Origin: Octopus vulgaris | Taxonomy: Eukaryota | Assembly (NCBI GenBank): GCA_951406725.2 | Contig: OX597819.1 | Span: forward strand, 66,030,001-66,094,000 | DNA: 64,000 nt | Reading direction: 5' to 3' | Position numbers and translations under genes: made by a program | Notes under the pieces: model-generated | Databases searched by the model: none | The model's input: the letters and a program-made list of their open reading frames with translations, nothing else | Told to the model about the DNA's origin: nothing | Shown: positions 56,108-64,000 of the stretch, in pieces | How positions within the stretch are numbered: the stretch's first letter is position 1 | Layout: each line of letters opens with the position of its first letter

Positions 56108-56410
56108 GATAACCTGAGTTATCATTCCTAAGGTATTTTTCGATGTTGCTGTTGCTGTTGTTGTTCAGGTCACTGCCTGAAATCGAACTCGGAACTTTGG
56201 GGTTAGTAGTCCTCGCTCTTAACCACTACGCCATATTCCTGTGGGCATTAATAATATTAATAATAACAACATCGAAAAATAGCTTAGGAATGAGAACCCA
56301 GGTTCGAAATTTCCTCCAGACGCCTGATGAAGGCTGGAGGGTATACCAACCGAAACGTTGTGTTAACAACAAACAAGATGAGAATAAATATCTGTCAAAT
56401 GTAAATAATT
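56108..56410. mobile_element. hammerhead-bearing SINE-like element, copy 5 (tRNA head on -, body on +)
   Basis: Head at 56165-56243 (-). Core GACGC CTGATGA A GGCTG..CAACC GAAACGTT GTGTT at 56319-56364 (+). Confidence 0.85.
56319..56364 (+). ncRNA. minimal type I hammerhead ribozyme motif (Penelope-like)
   Basis: Helix I GACGC/GUGUU, CUGAUGA, helix II GGCUG/CAACC (1 mismatch), GAAA, palindromic AACGUU helix III, GUU cleavage triplet. Activity is untested. Confidence 0.55.
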
Positions 56411-56419
56411 TCATGCTAT

Positions 56420-56890
56420 ACAAAAGGAATTGCGAGGTGTATTTGAGTTTTGTAAGCTGGCGTATTGTCATGGTGAAGCAGCTACGAGTTGTCCTGCGCA
56501 ACACACTTGTAAATAGTCGAGCAGTGAGCCGAGAATCGCTACGGTCCACCTGCCACATGTACGTAACGTTGGCCTCAATCTTGCTCGCTGAAGGCCTTCC
56601 GCTCCTGGGTTTCGCCTTTCACGTCCTTGCATCACTTTTTAAACCTTTTGTATCGTCTTCTTTTCGTTCACTTGCTGCAAATGTCCGAGTGCTTACGATG
56701 GAGTTTTCCCCAAGCAGACCAGAGACTTCAGGCTGGTACATTGTTCTGTACCCATTGCAAGACGGTTTAAAATAGAGGAGCTGTTAATAAAAGCACGTGA
56801 AAAAAAAAATACAATGGCTGCAGAAAGCTGAAATCGCACTTACATACTCCCCAGATATTTCGTCACATGGTGACACAACCCACCAATAGC
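56420..56890 (-). mobile_element. mariner transposase relic, internally deleted
   Basis: Minus strand gives MGTEQCTSLKSLVCLGKTPS (N-terminus), KRFK...RSGRPS (HTH linker) and LLHHDNTPAY (mariner HDNA motif). Confidence 0.7.
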
Positions 56891-57259
56891 TCACAAAGCA
56901 CACTCGATTATGTTACAGTTCTGATACATCTCGTACGTCCAGTACTATTTAAGGTATTGTTTCAGTCGACTTTGTTTGTTTGTCCGTGGACAAGATATTT
57001 TAAGAACCGCTGGATAGATTCTGATGAAACTTTCAGAGATGTTTGCCCTTCTGTCTGGCACGAACTGATTAGAATTTGTCCCTTACCGGACAAAATCTGA
57101 ATTATCTTTACCGTTTTTTTAACTTAATTTTTGAGAGCAATCGGTTTCATTTTTAGTATTCTCGTTTGTGAGAATACTATCGTTGAGAGGTCGTTGGTGT
57201 TGCCTTGGCAGTTGTTTGCGCTCTTTGAGTGCTCTTGTATTTATGATATAATTATTCTT

Positions 57260-57655
57260 TTATTCTTTTGTTTCATTCACTTGACTGCGGCCATGCTGGA
57301 GCACCACCGTTAGTCGAACAAATTGACCCCAGGACTTATACTTTTGTAAGCCTGGTACTTATTCTATCGGTATATTTTGTCGAACTGCTAAGTTACGGGG
57401 ACGTAAACACATCAACATCGATTGTCAAGCGCTGTTGGTGAGGCAAAGATACACAAATACACACACACGCACATAAACACACACACACACACGGTGGACT
57501 TCTTTGAGTTTCCATCTATCAAACCCATTCACAAGGCTTTAGTCGGCCCGATGCTATAGTAGAAGACACTTGTCCAAGTGGCCACGCTGTAGGACTGAAT
57601 CCGGAACCATGTGGTTGGTAATCAAGCTTCTTACCACACAGCCACTCCTGCGCCT
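57260..57655 (-). mobile_element. SINE family A, full-length copy
   Basis: Reverse complement of family A, ending at the head ...CCACACAGCCACTCCTGCGCCT. Confidence 0.85.
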
Positions 57656-57817
57656 CATCGTTATTTTTCGCATCGTGTTTAGCCACCATCCTTATGATCA
57701 TAATCATTCTCATAATATTAAATGCAGTGTATTTATATATTTGTTAGTATAGACACAGTGTTGTAAGAAATAATGATGATGATATTTATTTTGTTATACA
57801 ATGAAATTTAACAAACT

Positions 57818-57849
57818 TACTAATTTCTTTCTCTTTTCTGTTTTTCCAG
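57818..57849 (+). promoter_or_regulatory. 3' splice acceptor of the mannosidase coding exon
   Basis: Branch-like TACTAAT (57818-57824), then TTCTTTCTCTTTTCTGTTTTTCCAG ending 57849, 111 nt before the ATG. Confidence 0.8.
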
Positions 57850-57960
57850 ATTACGCACACTAAAGCAAGGCTGGCGTCGCTTACCACAGATTGCGAGTAT
57901 TCGGACAGTTTGTCCAGCCCGACCTCATCGCCACCATCGACAGTCGGCAGCGCATCAGCA

Positions 57961-60900
57961 ATGAAAAATACCACAATCAACTTGACCACTGGTCGAATCA
58001 CAGGAAGGATGAAGTTTAATCAACGCCTCTTCATTCTTTTTGGAGCTACTTTCTTCTCATTTGCATTTTTTCTCTTATTCGACCAGAGCATGCCCTGGCC
58101 ACAACAACAAATCAGCCGGACTCGTCTGTTAGCCATTAAGCTCTGGCCAAACCAGTTGGACTGGCAGCCGCCACGACATCACCACCACGCATGCTCATGG
58201 AGCACGACACCGTCCATTGACAGGATTGTCACAGCGAACTTTTCCACATTTGATATGATACCCAAACTTGTTTACGATGTCATGGCTGACGGTTCATATC
58301 CGCTCCCAAATCCTAACAAAGCTTTAGATTTATTATCTTTAACATCATCATCACTATCATCATCTTTCTCATCGTCATCATTATCAAAGTCTTTATCATT
58401 ATCATCCTCATCATCATTATCAAACTCCTTAGTGTTATTAGATTCTTCTCTTTCATCCTCGCCATCGTTATCATTATCACCAACATCATCATTAAAGTCT
58501 GCTTCATTGTTATCATCATCTAACAATGCTGAACTTGTTGTTGTTGATGGTGATGATGCTGGTGACGACGATAATGATGATGACGATTCTCATCATAGTA
58601 ACGTAGATGGTGATGGCCCTGGCGGAGGTGGTGGTGGTGGTGTTGCTGTTAGCCACAGTAGAGATAGTATAAGTAGTAGTAGTAGTAGCAGCAGCAGTAA
58701 AGTCAGTGAGGACGGTCTTACTGTTATTGTTGTCCCTCATTCACATAATGACCCAGGATGGCTGAAAACAGTGGATGAGTACTACTCAGATCAGACAAAG
58801 CACATACTGGACAACATGGTGCAGAAACTGACCACGTACCCTAACATGACATTTGTGTGGAGTGAAACAATTTACTTAGCCATGTGGTGGAATGATCAAG
58901 AAGATGCAATCAAAGCACAGGTTCGTAGACTGATACGTCGGGGTCAGTTAGAGATTGTGCTGGGTGGCTGGGTGATGCCAGATGAGGCTACCACTCATTA
59001 TTATGCAATAGTTGACCAGTTGATAGAAGGCCACCGATGGGTGATGGATAACTTGCATGTGATCCCTGAAAATAGCTGGTCAATCGATGCTTTTGGACAT
59101 TCTGGCACAATGCCTTATTTACTGAAGGAAGCTGGTCTGAAAAACATGGTTATACAGAGGATTCATGGTGCTGTAAAAGGTTATTTAGCCAAACGTAAAA
59201 GCCTTGAATTCAACTGGCGCCAATACTGGGATCCTAAAGGCACAAAAGATATGATGTGTCACACAATGCCATACATGTTATATAGCATTAAATATACCTG
59301 TGGTCCAGATAAGTTCTTCTGCCTGCTTTATGATTTCCGCAACATTCCTGGTGAAAGACGCGAAGGTAAGAGTCGTGAAATAACCATGAAGAATATTGAA
59401 ATTCAGGCAGAGTACCTTTATAAAGAGTACATGAAAAAGAATTTCCTTTATAAGTACAACGTCATCCTTGTGCCCCTTGGTGATGATTTCAGATATGACA
59501 AAGAATTAGAATGGGATCAGCAATATCAAAACTACATGATGCTGTTTCATTATATGAATTCCAGGAGAGACTGGAACATAAAACTTCGTTTTGGAACCCT
59601 CAAAGATTATTTCGATATTGTCCGTAAACGCCAACTTGTATATCCAAATTACTTTGGTGATGATAGTTTAAAGTTGCCCTCTCTTAGCGGTGATTTCTTC
59701 CCTTATTCGGATAAAAACTATGACTATTGGACTGGATTCTATACAACACGGCCTTTTGACAAAAGATTTAGTCGAAATCTTGAAAGTTATCTGCGAGCAG
59801 CTGATATCTTATACTTCTTAGCCTGTTCTTATTCCAGCATCTGGGACGTTCCATATGAGAAATCTTTCGAGGCTGCTGGTATGTTGAAAAGAGCACGTAG
59901 ATACCTCGGTTTATTTCAGCATCATGATGCTATTACAGGAACTGCCAAAGATAATGTTGTATTAGATTATGAAGAAAAACTGGCTATTTCTTATAACCTT
60001 ACACAAACTGTTATTGGTGACGCTTTGGAAATACTTTTGTATCGCTCCAAGAATGGACCCAGTAAATTTGTGACACCAGAAACCGTTCGCATATCTCCGA
60101 CGACTTCTCCACAAAAGCAGATTTTGCGAGTTGACAAAGCCGGTTTGCGACTGATACTTTTCAACCAATTGTTGCAACAGCGTCAGGATATTGTGACAGT
60201 TCTTGTTACTACAAACAATATCGAAGTTTTAGATGAAAACAAAAACTCAATACCATGTCAGATAAATCCCTATTGGACAGACCATACAACAGTTTCCAAA
60301 AGCGTGTTTGAATTAGTATTTTTAGCTAATATGGCACCGTTAGCTTCAACTGTCTACACACTTCAAATACCTTTGGAAGAACAAAAAAATACATATCTTG
60401 CTCGAATTGGTGCCATAAATCACGAACACTTAGTAATACCGTCTACAAGTGGTTTTGTCAAGGAAAAACCCTGGATTAGTAGTAATTCTGAATCAATAGT
60501 TTTGGAAAACAGTATCATAAAAGCTACATTTTCTGGCAATCGAGGTCTTTTACAAGAAGTCGTTGATAAAACCACTGGAAATTCTACTCAGATAAAACTG
60601 GATTTCCTTGCTTATCTCTCTCAGGGTAGTGGAGCATATTTATTCTTACCAAATGGTCGGGCACGCTCTATCACAAATAACAAGCATATCGTACGCGTTG
60701 TTCGTGGTCCATTAGTATCTGAAGTACACGTACTTCACAAATATATATTGCATCGTATCAAGTTGTATGATGTGCCTGGACTTCAGAGACATGCTTTGCA
60801 TATTGAAAATACAGTGAATATTAAAAGTTTCCGTGATCGGGAAGTAATCATGCGTCTTCAGACTGATATTAAAAATCCCAATCAAACGTTTTTCACTGAC

Positions 60901-61878
60901 CAGAACGGCTTTCAGATGATTGGCCGCAGAAATCAACCTCGGTTGCATGTGGAAGCCAACTATTATCCAGTAACAACCATGGTCATGCTAGAAGATGACC
61001 TACGACGACTGAGTCTTCATGTTGACCATTCACATGGCGTGGCATGTTTGGAAACAGGTATGGTTGAAGTCATGCTTGACCGACAGCTCAGCTATGATGA
61101 TGAACGTGGCCTTGGTCAAGGGGTTGAGGATATAAAGTCCGTGATTTCAAAGTTTGTTCTTCATCTTGAACCACGATACAAAGGCAAGCAGTTTACATCT
61201 AATGATGATGATACAGTTAACAATAGGCATAATGTCAAAGAAGACACCCTTCAGTTTGACTCGGATGCAGCCCAGAGACATGAAGCAGCACAAAATATCA
61301 ATGTGGATAGAAATAGAGATGGAATTTCCAAAACTTTAGTTCGAAATTCTGATTCTGATGGTAACGCTCAAAATATAAAAATGAATTTACCAATTTCGGA
61401 CAGTTTTGCATCCTACACTGACTCGCAAAAATCTAGTACACACACGCAAGAGCTCCGTTTTACATACCCTTCGCTTTTAGGCATTTATTTGAATTATTAC
61501 CTGCAGCATCCCTTGATAACATATTTCACTAACATGCCCTCAGAAAAGCTTGCCCCCACTTTCTTGCCCATTGACGGCCAGATTCCTTGTGACATTAACA
61601 TTCTGTCTTTGCGGGTCCTAGTTAATTCCGATCTTGTTCAGAACGGCTCTAGCTTGATACTGAATCGTGAAGGGTTCAGCTGTGAATTCCCTACATCAGA
61701 ACCGGTCTGCAGTTCTAATTGGGGTCAGTTCCCTGTTAATGCCATGTTTGGGAAAATACCTTTGAAATCTTTCCGGCGAACTTCGTTGTCACATTTGTAT
61801 GACCTTGAAACTCTCAGCCCAAATTCTGTCTTAAAACTTGCTCACATGGAAGTTTCCTCGTACATCTTAAAGACATAA
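57961..61878 (+). CDS. Golgi alpha-mannosidase II-like (glycoside hydrolase family 38), type II membrane protein, intronless CDS (~1305 aa)
   Basis: Uninterrupted ORF with an N-terminal hydrophobic signal anchor (LFILFGATFFSFAFFLLF) and a Ser/Asp/Gly-rich stem. GH38 motifs are present: VVPHSHNDPGW (Zn ligands, 58738-58752), GGWVMPDEA, WSIDAFGHS (nucleophile Asp at 59086), PLGDDF (acid/base, 59479-59490), YWTGFYTTRPFDK, LFQHHDAITGT, EANYYP and DDERGLGQGV. First in-frame ATG is 57961; 58009 is an alternative. The ORF-track start at 57910 is TTG. HTMPYMLYSIKYTCGP looks closer to invertebrate Man-IIb than to Man-IIa (inference). Confidence 0.95.
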   Translation: MKNTTINLTTGRITGRMKFNQRLFILFGATFFSFAFFLLFDQSMPWPQQQISRTRLLAIKLWPNQLDWQPPRHHHHACSWSTTPSIDRIVTANFSTFDMIPKLVYDVMADGSYPLPNPNKALDLLSLTSSSLSSSFSSSSLSKSLSLSSSSSLSNSLVLLDSSLSSSPSLSLSPTSSLKSASLLSSSNNAELVVVDGDDAGDDDNDDDDSHHSNVDGDGPGGGGGGGVAVSHSRDSISSSSSSSSSKVSEDGLTVIVVPHSHNDPGWLKTVDEYYSDQTKHILDNMVQKLTTYPNMTFVWSETIYLAMWWNDQEDAIKAQVRRLIRRGQLEIVLGGWVMPDEATTHYYAIVDQLIEGHRWVMDNLHVIPENSWSIDAFGHSGTMPYLLKEAGLKNMVIQRIHGAVKGYLAKRKSLEFNWRQYWDPKGTKDMMCHTMPYMLYSIKYTCGPDKFFCLLYDFRNIPGERREGKSREITMKNIEIQAEYLYKEYMKKNFLYKYNVILVPLGDDFRYDKELEWDQQYQNYMMLFHYMNSRRDWNIKLRFGTLKDYFDIVRKRQLVYPNYFGDDSLKLPSLSGDFFPYSDKNYDYWTGFYTTRPFDKRFSRNLESYLRAADILYFLACSYSSIWDVPYEKSFEAAGMLKRARRYLGLFQHHDAITGTAKDNVVLDYEEKLAISYNLTQTVIGDALEILLYRSKNGPSKFVTPETVRISPTTSPQKQILRVDKAGLRLILFNQLLQQRQDIVTVLVTTNNIEVLDENKNSIPCQINPYWTDHTTVSKSVFELVFLANMAPLASTVYTLQIPLEEQKNTYLARIGAINHEHLVIPSTSGFVKEKPWISSNSESIVLENSIIKATFSGNRGLLQEVVDKTTGNSTQIKLDFLAYLSQGSGAYLFLPNGRARSITNNKHIVRVVRGPLVSEVHVLHKYILHRIKLYDVPGLQRHALHIENTVNIKSFRDREVIMRLQTDIKNPNQTFFTDQNGFQMIGRRNQPRLHVEANYYPVTTMVMLEDDLRRLSLHVDHSHGVACLETGMVEVMLDRQLSYDDERGLGQGVEDIKSVISKFVLHLEPRYKGKQFTSNDDDTVNNRHNVKEDTLQFDSDAAQRHEAAQNINVDRNRDGISKTLVRNSDSDGNAQNIKMNLPISDSFASYTDSQKSSTHTQELRFTYPSLLGIYLNYYLQHPLITYFTNMPSEKLAPTFLPIDGQIPCDINILSLRVLVNSDLVQNGSSLILNREGFSCEFPTSEPVCSSNWGQFPVNAMFGKIPLKSFRRTSLSHLYDLETLSPNSVLKLAHMEVSSYILKT

Positions 61879-62150
61879 AATAAATTGGTGTGTGTGGATA
61901 TGTATATATATATATATATAAATATATATATATATAATATAAAGTGTGTATATGTGTAAAATAAGCACAGAGAAAACGAAAAAGAGAAGGAGGGTGTTGG
62001 CAGATGGTCGCAAATCTTAAATATAACAGAATGTGGCTGAAATATCTGCAAGAGATGTGATGAATATTTTTTAATGCATTGTTTTTTTTCCCCTCGCGTC
62101 AGTTCAGATGTCAAACGACATAGGTACATAAGAAAAACCAGGAAGAAACC

Positions 62151-62184
<34 letters not shown>

Positions 62185-62920
62185 ATATGATGAAGCTATG
62201 GCATAGAGATTTGCTTTGATATATCGTAGAATGAAAAGAAAAAAACGTACTTATATATATATATGTATATATATATATAATTTTAAAATATGAGACACAA
62301 GTGTACTATTTAAGCGTCGTTGAGAAGAGGAAAATGAAAGTGGTATGGGGGCGGTCTTTGAGTAATATTTGTAATAACCAGAATTTCTGTCAAAAACATT
62401 TGTCACAGGAAAAACAAAAAGAAAAATCAATTTGACGATGCAATTGTCTGTTTTATTTATTTTTTTAATATATCAATTTTTTTTTAAAAACGTAATGAGT
62501 TATTAATTAATTAATTGCTGTTAATTAAATTGACTGCAGAAGACTATGTAATAAAGTGAAGAGAAAAATAATTTCATGAAACAGGCATGTCTGTCGAAGA
62601 ATTGCTGCATACAAACCCACGCACACACTAACAAAACCTCGCCCCCAACTGACACCCACTCACAAACTACACACATACACACACTCCACTAACACACCCC
62701 CTATCTTTACACATCCAAATATATTTTAGTAGATCTTGAAACATCTTGAATCTTACGTCTGATTTTCACATTGTCAATGATTAAATAGCATTGACTGACA
62801 TAATTGGTAAAGTGGAACTCTGAGTAACAATTCAAGACGTTTCACTTTCTATAAATATTTATATACTTTTGTCTGCGTATTGGTTCTTCGTTTCAGAGTT
62901 CGTCAACATAATTGTTTACC

Positions 62921-62970
<50 letters not shown>

Positions 62971-63200
62971 GTTTACGTCATAAGAATATAGAAACTTCGA
63001 GAGACGTAGAATAATTCGTTTTTAACGTTGGAGCTCGAAGTATATAATGGTATAACTATCATGTAAATATTGGGTTAAAAATACTTATCGCTAGAAAAAT
63101 ATCGAATGTTTTTTTTGAACCAATATCTACACCTTGTTATGTGTAGCTTTATCTACTTTGAGTTTCACCGTTAAAAAACACTATATATATGTACGTGCGT

Positions 63201-63259
<59 letters not shown>

Positions 63260-64000
63260 AATGTAATCTTCAGTTGGCTGAGGTGACGTTGGAAAAAAAG
63301 GAAGGATATTGTTTATGTTTGGGAGATCTGTCTCTGCCTAGGGCGGGGCAGTATTTGTGTTTGTATGCGTGTGAGAGAGATAAACGAACACACAATAGAA
63401 GTGAAATAATGAAAGAGAGAATGTGTTTGTGCGTGTGAAAATCTATGAGCCTGTGGTTCAGACTGGTATGTATTCAGTGCGAGAGGTAGTGCGCGTGTAT
63501 TTGTGTCTGTGTGTGTGTGTATAGATAATTTAACTTTGTAATTTTGAATGTAAAATAAGGTCTTGAGTTATCAATCATATTTTCTGGATTTTATTAAGAG
63601 ATGGAAAAAAAATCGAAAAAAAATGCATGTAGATTATTATGGGCGGAACCAGAATATATGTCAGCATGTGTGTGTGCGTGGGCATATGTGCATGCATGTT
63701 TATATATGATTTTAAATGTATATGCTTTTATATGTATATATATTGTGTACGTATATGCACGTACATATGCGTGTGTATATAAAGATATATAATTATATAT
63801 ATAATAATGTGTACATATGTAAATATATATATATGTATGTATGCTTGCGTTGACTGGCTGTGCGTGAGTGTATAATGTAAGAATACTGCCCATTACTAGA
63901 AATTTATAATATCGGATGTCATTTATGGAGAACAATGAAGACAGTAACACTATGTTTAATAATAATAATGATATTAGGGATATTAATATTTTTTAATGTT
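61879..64000 (+). other. probable 3' UTR of the mannosidase gene
   Basis: Follows the TAA stop. AATAAA occurs at 61879-61884 and 62550-62555. The region lacks the SINE copies that saturate the upstream sequence. Confidence 0.45.

Noticed and set aside
56143-56775. 210-aa ORF
   Set aside because: Chance read-through across a SINE composite and the antisense strand of a mariner relic.
57909-57910. Alternative acceptor that would fuse the 53728-54017 exon in frame with the mannosidase
   Set aside because: The CAG at 57906-57908 has no pyrimidine tract and lies downstream of the much stronger acceptor at 57849.
58272-58740. Antisense ORFs over the mannosidase stem
   Set aside because: By-products of triplet low complexity on the coding strand.

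Overview
AT-rich, repeat-dense eukaryotic (metazoan) DNA. The SINE/RTE repertoire and (TA)n density resemble an octopus (coleoid cephalopod) genome; this is inference. There is one clear host gene: a Golgi alpha-mannosidase II (GH38) whose ~3.9-kb CDS (57961-61878, +) lies in a single exon behind a strong splice acceptor at 57849. The upstream ~58 kb looks like long + strand intron/5'-UTR sequence. It holds several tRNA-derived SINE families, RTE-tail repeats, MITEs and Tc1/mariner relics. It also holds two young 5'-truncated LINEs (an RTE with a PHD finger inside its RT, and a CR1/L2-like element) inserted tail-to-tail in a 7-kb TA-rich microsatellite. Top findings: (1) a tRNA-headed SINE-like family carrying a minimal Penelope-type hammerhead ribozyme motif and showing Penelope-like inverted architecture (5 loci); (2) a textbook recursive splice site (branch point, polypyrimidine tract, AG|GTAAGT, 49-nt cryptic exon) at 11691-11780; (3) a candidate spliced upstream ORF whose stop overlaps the mannosidase ATG (ATGA). 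Most ORF-track entries are microsatellite artefacts. Repeat boundaries were read by eye and are approximate.
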